From the NCBI GenBank assembly GCA_963740725.1, contig CAVUFT010000021.1, positions 18,172 to 82,171 on the forward strand: DNA of 64,000 nt, written 5' to 3'. The stretch comes from an uncultured Actinomycetota bacterium. GTDB lineage: Bacteria; Actinomycetota; Actinomycetes; Propionibacteriales; Kribbellaceae. The notes below the pieces were generated by a model. The model searched no databases. It saw nothing but the letters and a program-made list of their open reading frames with translations, and was not told the DNA's origin. Below are positions 48,653-59,978 of the stretch, piece by piece (within the stretch, counting starts at the first letter, position 1; the number at the start of each line of letters is the position of its first letter). A program made the position numbers and the translations under genes.

Positions 48653-50926
48653 GTGTTCCAGCCACTCCTGGCGTCCGCGACCAGAGCCGTTGAAAAACTC
48701 CGTGACATCGGTGAACCGCTCCCCGAAGACCTGACCGGCCGGCTGGCAGAGCTGACCGATTCCGCCGACGTCGAAGAACTCCTCCGCCCCTACGTTCTCG
48801 CCGACGTGCTGATCGACGAGCAGGGCCTGACCGCGACGACGCCGGGTGCAGCGTCGCCACGACTTGTTCAGCACGGCTGGCGAAGCTTCCTGGTCCGGGT
48901 CGCGAATCCACACCAGTTGCTGGGTGACCTGTCCGCGCCGTCGAATCATGTGCTCGGGATGGTCGACCACCACAGCCACGCGGCGCGGATCACGCTGCAC
49001 GACACGCTGACCGTCGTACCGCGGATCGAGAACAGCTGGCTGCAGGTGAAGCTCGCCGGTCCGACCGATATCTCCGGGCTGGACGTCGAGTACAAGGTGA
49101 TCAGCCTGTACAGCCGCGATGGTGGCACCCGCAGCGGCGAGTTGTCGTTCGTCCTGGCGGTCGAGGAGGAGACCGAGAGCCTGACCCGGCCGCCGTTCCG
49201 GAAGGCCTACCAGCGGATGGGATTCGAGAGCCGCCAGTACGGCGCGACGTTCGATTTCGACTGTCTGGCGGCCCGGAACATCCGGTTCGACGTCCGGGAG
49301 CCTGATGGCAGCAGTTCCGTGGCGGCGTTGACCGTCCTGGATTCGCAGCGGCGGGCGTATCCGTCGAAGGCGATGCGGCTGGCGCCGGACATGTTCTTCC
49401 ACGAACACGTCTACCGGGCGACCGGTGAGGTGATCGCACTCCCGGCCGGTCGGTACGAGATCTCGGCGCGCCGCGGACCGGAGTACCGGGAAGTGCGTGT
49501 CGAGGTCGACGTGGAGGACGGGACCGACGCGGTCGCGATCGAGCTCGATCGCTGGGCCGATCCTGCTGCTCGGGGCTACTACTCGGGTGATCCGCATATC
49601 CATGCCGGCGGTTGCTCGCACTACAGCGTGCCGTCCGAGGGCGTCACGCCGGAGACGATGATCCGGCACGTTCGCGGCGAGGGGCTCTGGATGGGCAGCG
49701 TGCTCACCTGGGGACCGTGCTACTACCACCAGAAGCAGTTCTTCAGTGGCGTGTCGATCAGCCCGCGCGCGGAGCTGGAGTATCCCGCGATGCAGCAGGC
49801 GCAAGGCATGACGTGGGATCCGCAGGACACCGACCGGGACAGCGAGAGCCTGCTCCGGTACGACCTGGAGGTGTCGGGCTTCCCGTCCAGCCATCCGGGT
49901 CACGTCATTCTGCTCGGGCTCACGGACCAGGACTACCCGGGCACGAAGGTGATCGAGGACTGGCCGTCGTGGAACCTGCCGGTGATGCGCTGGGGTCACG
50001 CGCAGAACGCGCTGGTCGGCTATGCGCACTGCGGTCTCGGTCTCTCGGTCGGCACCGACGAGCTGCCGAACTACGTCATCCCGGAGTTCCAGTCGATCGG
50101 CTCCAACGAGATCATCGTCGATGTGCCGCTCGGTGCCGCTGACTTCCAGTGTGGTGCGGAATTCGCTCCGGCCGCTGAATTGAATATCTGGTACCACCTG
50201 CTGAATGTCGGCTACCGCACGCTGATGCTCGGCGAGACCGACTATCCCTGCATCTACGACGACGGTCCGGGAGTCGGGCGCACTTACGTCCGGCTGCCCG
50301 AGGCGCCGCAGGGTGAGCAGGCGTTGGAGGCTTGGCTCGGTGGGCTGCAGGAGGGTTCGTCGTACTTCGGTGACGGGCGCAGCCATGTCTACGACTTCGC
50401 CGTTGACGGAGACACATCCCGGGAGCAGACCGTCGATGCCGGGGGAGTGGTCCGGGTGACCGCGACGGTCGCGGCCTGGTTGCCCGAGGAGCCACCCGCG
50501 TTGCCGTCGGCGGGTCGACCGGCGTACTCCGCACCCGTTGGCTGGCATCTCGAGCGATCGCGGATCGGGCGAACCCGCACCGTGGCTGTCGAGGTGCTGG
50601 TGAACGGCGTACCGGCCGGGGTTGTGGAGTTAGTTGCGGACGGCAACGAGCAGGAGATCGAGTTCGCCGTCGAGCTGGAGCGGTCGTCCTGGATCGCTTT
50701 GCGGATCCTGCGCAGTGTTCATACCCAGCCGATCTTCATGGAGATCGCCGGGCTGCCGATCCGGGCGTCGCGGCGGAGCGCGCAGTGGTTGCATGACTCG
50801 GTCGACGCGCTGTGGAAGGCGAAGTCCGGGTTCATCCGGGAGGCTGAGCGGTCGGAGGCGCGGGAAGCATACGACGCCGCACAGGCGACCTATTTGGTAC
50901 GGCGTGACGAATGCGAGGTGGACTGA
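48653..50926 (+). CDS. CehA/McbA-family metallohydrolase
   Basis: RLAPDMFF, RRGPEY, SGDPHIHAGGCSHY, LTWGPCY, EVSGFPSSH, WYHLLN and GETDYPC; GAGGAGG RBS. Confidence 0.78.
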   Translation: MFQPLLASATRAVEKLRDIGEPLPEDLTGRLAELTDSADVEELLRPYVLADVLIDEQGLTATTPGAASPRLVQHGWRSFLVRVANPHQLLGDLSAPSNHVLGMVDHHSHAARITLHDTLTVVPRIENSWLQVKLAGPTDISGLDVEYKVISLYSRDGGTRSGELSFVLAVEEETESLTRPPFRKAYQRMGFESRQYGATFDFDCLAARNIRFDVREPDGSSSVAALTVLDSQRRAYPSKAMRLAPDMFFHEHVYRATGEVIALPAGRYEISARRGPEYREVRVEVDVEDGTDAVAIELDRWADPAARGYYSGDPHIHAGGCSHYSVPSEGVTPETMIRHVRGEGLWMGSVLTWGPCYYHQKQFFSGVSISPRAELEYPAMQQAQGMTWDPQDTDRDSESLLRYDLEVSGFPSSHPGHVILLGLTDQDYPGTKVIEDWPSWNLPVMRWGHAQNALVGYAHCGLGLSVGTDELPNYVIPEFQSIGSNEIIVDVPLGAADFQCGAEFAPAAELNIWYHLLNVGYRTLMLGETDYPCIYDDGPGVGRTYVRLPEAPQGEQALEAWLGGLQEGSSYFGDGRSHVYDFAVDGDTSREQTVDAGGVVRVTATVAAWLPEEPPALPSAGRPAYSAPVGWHLERSRIGRTRTVAVEVLVNGVPAGVVELVADGNEQEIEFAVELERSSWIALRILRSVHTQPIFMEIAGLPIRASRRSAQWLHDSVDALWKAKSGFIREAERSEAREAYDAAQATYLVRRDECEVD

Positions 50927-51336
50927 TGGCGCACGGCGAACCGGCCGGGTGTTGCGGGCCGGTCGAGACGACGGCCCCTCTCTCGGTCACGATCAACCCG
51001 GAGGCACGGGTCAACGTGGCCCGGACAGGGAACCGGGTGGAGAGCCTTCCGGTCGGAGAGTGGCACGCGATCGAGTTCCCGATCGTCAACACGGGCTTCG
51101 TGACCGGCCTGCTGGTGATCGAGAGTGACCCGGTGCCGGGCGTCGAACTGGATCTTCCGGCGCACGAGCTGACCGGCGTACCGCGGCAGGAAGGTGCGTT
51201 CCGGGTCCGCTTCGACGAACCGACGATCGTGGATGTCACCCTCACCTTCCGCGCCCTCGGAGCCCTCGGCGGCCTGGCCCTCCACAGCTCCCTGCATTTG
51301 ATCCTTCGATCGCATCTCATTCCAACGCTGGTTTGA
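50926..51336 (+). CDS. Hypothetical protein coupled to the CehA-like gene
   Basis: TGATG overlap; VTINPEARV motif; ORF conserved in the mirrored arm. Confidence 0.65.
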   Translation: MAHGEPAGCCGPVETTAPLSVTINPEARVNVARTGNRVESLPVGEWHAIEFPIVNTGFVTGLLVIESDPVPGVELDLPAHELTGVPRQEGAFRVRFDEPTIVDVTLTFRALGALGGLALHSSLHLILRSHLIPTLV

Positions 51337-51428
51337 GTTCGCCGGGCCGGAATGCGGGGCCAAAGACCGGGGAAAACCTGCGCAGCAAGGCATTCCGGTC
51401 GCTCGGGTGGTGAGGGTACGGTCGCCCG

Positions 51429-52169
51429 ATGACGGACTCGACGGCACCACACAGCCCGATCGACAACCTCTCCGAACGCTTCCTCGTCGCCCATGCAGAG
51501 CTGTCGCCCGCCGCGGCGACGATCATGGGCGTGCAGGGGTACGACGACAAGCTGCCGGACCGGTCGCCCGGCGGCTTCGACGCGCTGCTCGACCTGCACC
51601 GCACCACGATCGCGGAGGCGAAGGCCGTCGAGGTCTCCTCGTTCCGGGAGGAGACGGCCAAGGATGCGCTGCTGGAGCGGATCGAACTCGAGGCCGAGCG
51701 CTACGAGGCCGGCGTACCGCAGTACGAGCTGAACGGGATCTACTGCGTGCCGGTCGAGATCCGCGCGGTCTTCGACCTGATGCCGACCGCGACCGAGCAG
51801 GACTGGGAGAACCTCGGCAGCCGGCTGAACCAGGTCGGTACGACGCTCGACGGGTACCGCGAGACGCTGCTCCAGCAGGCCGCTGCCGGCCGGGTGTCGG
51901 CTGCGCGGCAGGTGAAGGTGCTGGCCGAGCGGATCGCCAGCTGGACCGGCGCGGAGGGCGATGACTACTTCATCGGCCTGACCGCGAAGGCGCCCGAATC
52001 AGCTGTCAAGGCGAGTGTCGAGGCGGCGGCGATCGCGGCCAGCAAGGCGTTCGGGGAGTTCGGCCAGTGGCTGACCACCGACCTGCTGCCGCATGCGCCG
52101 AGCCGGGACGCGGTCGGCCGCGAGGTGTACCAACTCGCTTCCCGCAATCACATCGGCGCGACCCTCGAT
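51429..52169 (+). CDS. DUF885-like protein, N-terminal part, cut at the fold-back apex
   Basis: SPAAATIMG...FDLMPT...AVGREVYQL; homology ends at the palindrome centre. Confidence 0.75.
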
Positions 52170-52170
52170 G

Positions 52171-52907
52171 ATCGAGGGTCGCGCCGATGTGATTGCGGGA
52201 AGCGAGTTGGTACACCTCGCGGCCGACCGCGTCCCGGCTCGGCGCGTGCGGCAGCAGGTCGTCATGAGCCACTGGCCGAACTCCCCGCCTTGCTAGCCGC
52301 GATCCGCGCCGCCTCGACACTCGCCTTCACGGCCGCTCGGGGAGCCTTCGCGGTCAGGCCGATGAAGTAGTCATCGCCCTCCGCGCCGGTCTGCTGGCGA
52401 TCCGCTCGGCCAGCACCTTCACCTGCCGCGCAGCCGAAACCCGACCGGCAGCCACTTGCTGGAGCAGCGTCTCGCGGTACCCAAGTCGAGCGTCGTAGAG
52501 TTTGGTTCAGCCGGCTGCCGAGGTTCTCCCAGTCCTGATCGGTCGCGGTCGGCATCAGGTCGAAGACCAGCGGGTCTCGACCGGCACGCAGTAGATCCCG
52601 TTCAGCTCGTACTGCGGTACACCGGCCTCGTAGCGTTCGGCCTCGAGCTCGATCCGCTCCAGCAGCGCGTCCTTCGCCATGCTCCTCCCGGGACGATCTG
52701 GGCTCCGACGGCCTTCGCCTCGCGATCGTGGTCCGGTGCAGGTCGAGCAGGGCGTCGAAACCACCGGGCGACCGGTCGGGCAGGTTGTCGTCGTACCCCT
52801 GCACGCCCATGATCGTCGCCGCGGCGGGCGACAAGCTCTGCATGGGCGACGAGGAAGCGTTCGGAGAGGTTGTCAATCGGGCTGTGTGGTGCCGTCGAGT
52901 CCGTAAT
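52171..52907 (-). pseudogene. Mirrored DUF885-like fragment, many indels
   Basis: Reverse complement of 51429-52169 with frameshifts; the start codon reads ATT. Confidence 0.75.
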
Positions 52908-52922
52908 CAGGCGAAGGTACCC

Positions 52923-53404
52923 TCACCACCCGAGCGACCGGAATGCCTTGCTGCGCAGGTTTTCCCCGGTCTTTGGCCCCTCGTTGCCGCCCGGCGAACA
53001 AACCAGCGTTGGAATGAGATGCGATCGAAGGATCAGATGCAGGGAGCTGTGGAGGGCCAGGCCGCCGAGGGCACCGAGGGCGCGGAAGGTGAGGGTGACA
53101 TCCACGATCGTCGGTTCGTCGAAGCGGACCCGGAAGGCACCTTCTTGGCGCGGTTCGCCGGTGAGCTCGTGCACCGGAAGGTCGAGTTCGACGCCGGGGA
53201 CCGGAGCGCTCTCGATCACCAGCTGGCCGGTCACGAAGCCGATGTTGACGATCGGGAACTCGATCGCGTGCCACTCTCCGGGCGGAATGCTGTCGAGCCG
53301 GTTCGCGGTCCGGGCGACGTTGACCCGTGCCTCGGGGTTGATCGTGACGGAGACGGGGCCGTCGTGTCGGCCGGGCCGCAGCAGCCGGCGGGTTCGCCGG
53401 GCAT
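52923..53404 (-). CDS. Mirrored hypothetical protein (copy of 50926-51336)
   Basis: VTINPEARVNVART...SSLHLILRSH; indels at both ends. Confidence 0.6.
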
Positions 53405-55692
53405 CAGTCCACCTCGCTTTCGTCACGACGGGCCGGGTAGACGGCCTGGGCGGCGTCGTACGCGTCGCGCGCCTCCGCCCGTTCGGCCTGCCGGATGAAG
53501 CCGGACTTCACCTTCCACAGCTTGTCGACCAGTCGTGCAGCCACTGCGCGCTGCGGCGCGAGGCCCGGATCGGGAGGCCGGCGATCTCGACGAAGATCGG
53601 CTGGGTGTGCACGCTGGGCAGGATCCGCAGCGCGACCCAGGACGACCGCTCCAGGTCGACGTCGAACTCGATCTGCTGCTCGTTGCCGTCGGCAACGAGC
53701 TCCTGGGTCGCGGCCGGAATGCCGTTCACCAGCACCTCGACCGCGACGGTGCGGGTTCGCCGATCCGGGCCCATTCGAGGTGCCAGCCGACGGGTGCGGG
53801 TGCGGCCGGTCGACCCGCCGACGGCACCGCGGGTGGCTGCTCGGCAACCAGGCTGCGACCGTCGCGGTCACCCGGACCGGTCCCCGGCATCGACGTCTGC
53901 TCCCGGGAGGTGTCTCCGTCGACGGCGAAGTCGTAGACATGGCTGCGGCCGTCGCCGAAGTACGACGAACCCTCCTGCAGCCCACCGATCCATGCCTCCA
54001 GGGCCTGCTCGCCCTGCGGCGCCTCGGGCAGCTGGACGTACGTGCGGCCGAGCCGGGGCCGTCGTCGTAGATGCAGGGGTAGTCGGTCTCACCGAGCATC
54101 AGCGTCCGGAAGCCGGTGTTGAGCAGGTGGTACCAGATGTTCAGCTCGGCCGCGACGCGAACTCCGCGCCGCAATGGAAGTCGGCGGCACCGAGCGGTAC
54201 GTCGACGATGAGCTCGTTGGAGCCGATCGACTGGAACGCGGGGATGACGTAGTTCGGCAGCTCGTCGCGTGCCGACGGAGAGACCGAGACCGCAGTGCGC
54301 GAACCCGACCAGCGCGTCTGCGCGTGACCCAGCGCGTGCACCGGCAGGTTCCAGGACGGCCAGTCCTCCATCACTGGTGCCCGGATAGTCCTGGTCGGTG
54401 AGGCCGAGCAGGATCAGGTGACCGGAGTGGCTGGACGGGAAGCCGGAGATCTCGACGTCGTAGCGGAGCAGGCTCTCGCCGTCGCGATCGGTGTCGCCGG
54501 CTCCCAGGTCATGCCCTGCGCCTCCTGGGTCGCGGGAAACTCCAGCTCGCGCGCGCGGGCTGATCGGCCGCCGGTGAAGAACTGCTTCTGGTAGTAGTAA
54601 CAGGGCCCCCAGGTGAGCACGCTGGACACCCAGAGTCGCCTCGCCGCGGACGTGCCGGATCATCGTCTCCGGCGTGACGCCCTCGGTCGGCTGGCTGTAG
54701 TGCGAGCAGCCGCCGCCGTGGATGTGCGGATCGCCGGAGTAGTAGCCGCGCGCGGCCGGATCGATCCAGCGATCGAGCTGCGATCGTGAGCGGCGCGGTA
54801 GTCGGCCGAGGTCGACCTCGACGCGGTCGTCACCGCCGGTATCCGGTCCGCGCCACGCGGTGACCTCGTACCGGCCGGCGGGGAGCGGGATGACCTCGCC
54901 GGAGGCCCGGTACACCTGATCCTGGAAGAACATGTCGGGCGCCAGCCGCATCGCCATCGACGGGTACGCGCGGCGTTGGGAGTCGCGGACGGTGAGCGCC
55001 GCCACGCAGCTGCTGCCGTCAGGCTCGCGGATGTCGAACCGGATGTCGCGGGCCGGCAGGCAGTCGAATTCGTACGACGCTTCGTACTGGCCGTTCTCGA
55101 AACCCATCCGCTGCCAGGCCTTGCGGATCGGCGGCCTGGTGATGCTCTCGTTCGGCTCCTCGACTGCCAGGATGAAGGCCAGCTCACCGCTGCGGTTGCC
55201 GCCGTCGCGGCTGTACAGGCTGATCACCTTGTACTCGACGTCCAGGCCGGACACGTCGGTCGGACCGGCGAGCTTCACCTGCAGCCAGCTCTTCTCGATC
55301 CTCGGCACGATCGTCAACGTGTCGGGCAGCGTGATCCGCGAAGCGTGGCTGTGGTAGTCGATCCCGCCGACGACATGGTTCGAGGGTGCGGACAGATCGC
55401 CCAGCAGCCGGTGCGGGTTCTCGATCCGGACCAGGAAGCTGCGCCATCCGTGCTGGACCAGGCGCGGCGCTGCGGCTCCCGGCGTACTGGTGGTCAGGCC
55501 CTGCTCGTCGATCCGCGCGTTGGCGATGACGTGGGGGCGCAGTAGCTCGTCGAGCTGGGCGGATCGTACGGCGTCGGTCTCGGAATCGGGCAGCTTGGTC
55601 AGCCGGCTGGTGAGGTCGTCGGGGAGTGGTTCACCGATATCGCGGAGTTTCTCAACGGCTCGAGTCGCAGAAGCGTGCAGCGGTTGGAACAC
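53404..55692 (-). pseudogene. Mirrored, diverged and frameshifted CehA/McbA-like hydrolase
   Basis: Same motifs as 48653-50926, with conservative substitutions and many indels. Confidence 0.75.
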
Positions 55693-55870
55693 ATGGCCTC
55701 CTCGTCGTGGACGAACTTGCAGCCTAGTTGTGAGAGCGCTGCCTGGCTCCTGGTTTTCGTCGGCGGGCAGCCATTGACATCGTTGTCCGCTCCGACGACG
55801 ATACTGCTCGTTACCTGGCTGAAACGTTTCCAACCTCGGTCCGCCAAGCCGCAGCGAGCAATCGAGGAGC

Positions 55871-57725
55871 GTGATCGTGAATCGTGCTGCCCGAACCCTG
55901 TGCGCGGCCGGAGCGATTCTGGTTGCCGCCGCACTCCGCCGCACCAACCGCCGACGCCGCTCAAACTCCGGCGGGTCCCGCCGCACGCGCCCGCGTCGCC
56001 ACCGAGGTGCTGATGGACTCGTACGACCCGGACAAGGCCTGGTTCCCGTCGAGTGGTGGAACTCCGCCGTCGCGTTCCAGACGGTCAGCGACTACATGAA
56101 CCGCACCGGCAACCGCAGCTACCTGACGAGCTGGACAAGAAGTTCGAGACCAACAAGGGCCCGTTCCCGGCCGGCTAGCGGTCCACCGACGAGCTCTCGG
56201 CAACTTCACCAGCCGAGCCATCGACGACCCGGGCTTGGGGCTGAACTGGTACCGCCTACGATCTGACCGGTGAACCAGAAGTACCTCGACATGGCCGCCA
56301 CCATCGGCGAGTTCATGCACTAGGGCTTCTGGGACACGAGCACCTGCGGCGGCGGCATCTGGTGGGACGAGGAGCGCACCTACAAGAACGCCGTGACCAA
56401 CGGTCTATGGGTACGTCTCACCGCCGAGCTGCACAACCGGCTGCCCGGCGACACCGCTCTGGCTCGCCCGCGCCAAGGAGGCCTGGGAGTGGTACGCGGC
56501 AGCGGGATGATCAACGCCGACGGTCTGGTCAACGACGGCTTGACCGACGAGTGCGCAGAACAACGGCTCCACGGTCTGGAGCTACAACCAGGGCCTCGCC
56601 ATCGGCGGCGGCCTCGAGCTGTGGCGGGCGACTCGGCGACCCGGAGCTGCTCGCCGCGGACGACGGCTGGCCGACGCCGCATCGCTCCCGGCGCCGTCAC
56701 CGACGGGGTGCTCACCGAGTAGTGCGACGCCCTGGCCGCACCTGCGACGACAACGGCAAGCAGTTCAAGGGCGTCTTCATGCGCTACCTCATGGATGCCG
56801 CGGACACCACCCGTGACCCGCGCTATACCGACTTCGTCGACGCAGCAGGCCGCCAAGGTCTGGAACGACGACCGGGACGCGGCCGACCGGCTGGGCGAGC
56901 GATGGTCCGGTGCCGACGCCGAACGTCTTCGACTGGCGCACCCAGGCCAGTGCCCTCAGCGCGCTCATCGCCGCCGTACCGGCCACGCCGCCGACCAGCT
57001 CGTTGTCCGCGACAACCAATCCGGCCCTGCCGGTGGTGATGCCGGCGACCGGCGCCGCAACCCACGTCAAGCTGACCGTCCAGCTGCAGGCGACGGGATA
57101 CGAGCCGCTCCAGGTCACCGTGAAGGCAGCCGCACCGTCCGGTTGGATCGTCACCCCGACGCGCTCGAACGTGACCCTCCGCCCGCACGGCAACGCAGTA
57201 CCGGTGCACTCGTCAGTGCAGCTCGACGTGACGATTCCAGCCGGTACGCCGGACGGCCGCTACTCGGTGACTGCGACGGCGACGTCCGGATCGCAACTGT
57301 CATTCAGTACCCGGTCCGACATGCTCGTCACGCACACCGCCGACTTCGACACCGGCACGGCGGCCGAGACGCCGTGGCTGTGGGATGCGGACGGGTCGCA
57401 GAGCAACGGGGTGCAGAACCGGTTCGCCGACGGGCATTCGTACTTCGTCTACCGCTTCCCGTTCCCGGCTGGAACCACGACGGCTGCCGCGACAATCACG
57501 ATCGACAACGAGTACGTCGTACAGGTCAGTGGTGACGGGCAGCAGTGGACCACGGTCGCGACCGAGACGCAGCAGATCCACGACGGGGAGAACAAGGCCG
57601 CGAGGACGTTCGACCTCACGCCCTACCTCGGACCCGACAAGGCCGGCTATGTCCGGATCGCCGACTCGTTCCCCGACGACGGCTGGGGCGGCCGGGTCTA
57701 CCACGTGACGGCAACGTACAACTGA
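55871..57725 (+). pseudogene. Mirrored GH76 (catalytic part diverged and frameshifted, C-terminal part nearly identical)
   Basis: Mirror of 46600-48471. Confidence 0.8.
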
Positions 57726-57865
57726 GGGTAGTCTCACTCAACGTCGTCGGGAAGTGACGGTCTGTTCACCTTTCGCACATCTGCTGGGACTGGTGATGAA
57801 GGGCCGTCACTCCCACGATAGGTGACGGTCCTGGGGCCGCCAGGGCGATCCAGTGAGGAGGCGTC

Positions 57866-58717
57866 GTGATCCGGAAACGCGTTGCGGGGATTGCTGTAGC
57901 GGTGGCGGTTGTCGCCGCATCGGTCGTGGCGATCGCGGGCAGGTCGACCAGTGCGCAAGCAGTGGCGGCAGTGCCGGCGTTCGACCACATCGTCCTGGTG
58001 ATGTTCGAGAATCACGCCTATTCGCAGATCAACGGCAGCTCCAGTGCGCCGACCTTCAACAGCCTGGCCGGTCAGGGTGCGAAGTTCACCCAGGCGTACG
58101 GCGTCACGCACCCGAGCCAGCCGAACTACCTGGCGATCTTCTCCGGCTCGACGCAGGGCCTGACCGACGACAGTTGCCCGCACACGTACAGCGGCGACAA
58201 CCTCGGCAAGCAGCTGATCGCGGCCGGGAAGACCTTCAAGGGGTACTCCGAGAGCATGCCCTCGGACGGCTACACGGGCTGTTCGAGCGGCACTTACCGG
58301 CGCAAGCACAACAGCTGGGTCGACTTCAGCAACGTGCCGGCGGCGAGCAACCTCCGCTACAGCACCTTCCCGAGCTCGGCGAACTACTCCACCCTGCCGA
58401 CCGTCTCGTTCGTGACTCCGAACATGTGCAACGACATGCACGACTGCTCGGTCGGCACCGGCGACACCTGGCTGAAGAACAACCTCACGGCGTACGCGAC
58501 CTGGGCGAAGACGCACAACAGCCTGCTCGTGATCACCTTCGACGAGGACAACGGCAGTTCTTCGAACCACATCTTCACGGCATTCGTCGGCGCGCACACC
58601 CAGGTCGGCACGTTCTCCAACCAGATCAACCACTACAACGTGCTCAGCACCATCGAGAGTTCGTACGGCTTGCCTCACCTGAATTCGGCAGCGGAGATCA
58701 CCAACGTCTGGAACTGA
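57866..58717 (+). CDS. Mirrored phosphoesterase
   Basis: 283 aa, almost identical to 45608-46459 (AS>ST and Y>F differences). Confidence 0.85.
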   Translation: MIRKRVAGIAVAVAVVAASVVAIAGRSTSAQAVAAVPAFDHIVLVMFENHAYSQINGSSSAPTFNSLAGQGAKFTQAYGVTHPSQPNYLAIFSGSTQGLTDDSCPHTYSGDNLGKQLIAAGKTFKGYSESMPSDGYTGCSSGTYRRKHNSWVDFSNVPAASNLRYSTFPSSANYSTLPTVSFVTPNMCNDMHDCSVGTGDTWLKNNLTAYATWAKTHNSLLVITFDEDNGSSSNHIFTAFVGAHTQVGTFSNQINHYNVLSTIESSYGLPHLNSAAEITNVWN

Positions 58718-58744
58718 CCTCCTCCCGCCCTGGAGGCGACGCCG

Positions 58745-59978
58745 GTGTACTTGTCCACGATCGACCGCCCTCGAGACGCGCGCGGCCGTGCCTTGTTCCT
58801 GGTCAGCGGCAACGTCTTCGCACTCGGTGCCGTCAGCCTGGTCACCGATATCTCGTCGGAGATGGTGACCGCGATCCTGCCGGTGTACCTGATGATCGGC
58901 CTGCACCTGAGCCCTGCTCTGTACGGCGTGGTCGACGGCACGTACACCGGCGCGACCGCGCTGCTGCGGCTCGTCGGCGGGTACGTCGCGGACCGGTCGC
59001 AGCGTCGGAAAGCCGTTGCAGGGTTCGGTTACGGACTCTCGGCGGTGGCGAAGCTCGGACTGCTCGCCGCCGGGAGTTCGGTCGGTGCGATCGGCGCGGT
59101 GATCGCGTTCGATCGCACCGGCAAAGGCCTCCGGACGGCTCCGCGCGACGCGCTGATCACGCTGTCGACGCCGCCGCAGCATTACGGTCGCGCCTTCGGG
59201 GTGCATCGGATGATGGACACGATCGGGGCGTTCGCCGGGCCGTTGGTTGCTGTCGGCATCTTGGCTGCGACTGCGCAGGCGTACGACGCGGTCTTCGTCG
59301 CCAGCTTCTGCATCGCGGCGTTCGGCGTACTGCTCCTGGTGCTCTTCGTGCGCGACCACCGCGACAAACAGCCGCCGAAGAACACTGTCGCTCCCTCGGT
59401 GCTTCGTGATCTTCTGCGTCGAAGGCCTGTACGACGGTTGGTGCTCGCCGCGTGCGTCGCCGGGATGGTGACCATCGGCGACGGCTTCGTCTACCTGCTC
59501 CTGCAGCGACGAGAAGACCTCAGCATCGGCTGGTTTCCCTTGCTGGCCGTAGGAACCAATCTGTCGTATCTACTGCTCGCTGCTCCTCTGGGTGTGCTCG
59601 CAGACAAGATCGGTCGGCTGAAGGTCGTCCTCGGCGGCTACACCGCGCTGGTGCTGGTGTATCTGCTGCTGTTCGGACCGTTGGGCGGTTGGCCGTTGCT
59701 GGTCGTAGTACTGGGTCTCTACGGCCTCTTCTACGCATCCACGGACGGCGTACTGATGGCCTTGGCCGGGCCCCTGCTTCCTGAAGCCTTCCGTACTACG
59801 GGGATCGCGCTGATCCAGACCGGCCAGGCACTGTCGTATGTCGGATCGTCGATCCTTTTCGGGTGGCCTGGAGCTGTGGGGCCCGGCGAGCGCAAGCCGG
59901 ATCGCCGCTGTTCTGGCCGTTGCAGCCGCATTCCTGATCGCCCTGCTGCTCCGCGGGATCTCCAGGGAGCCATCATGA
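58745..59978 (+). CDS. Mirrored MFS transporter, frameshift near 59865
   Basis: Mirror of 44345-45580. Confidence 0.85.

Noticed and set aside
52150-52190. Hairpin telomere of a linear replicon
   Set aside because: The apex is ordinary coding sequence in mid-gene, no protelomerase or terminal-protein gene is seen, and the arms are not identical. Kept only as a minor alternative.
51429-52370. 313-aa ORF with a novel C-terminus
   Set aside because: The tail is read-through across the palindrome apex into antisense sequence.
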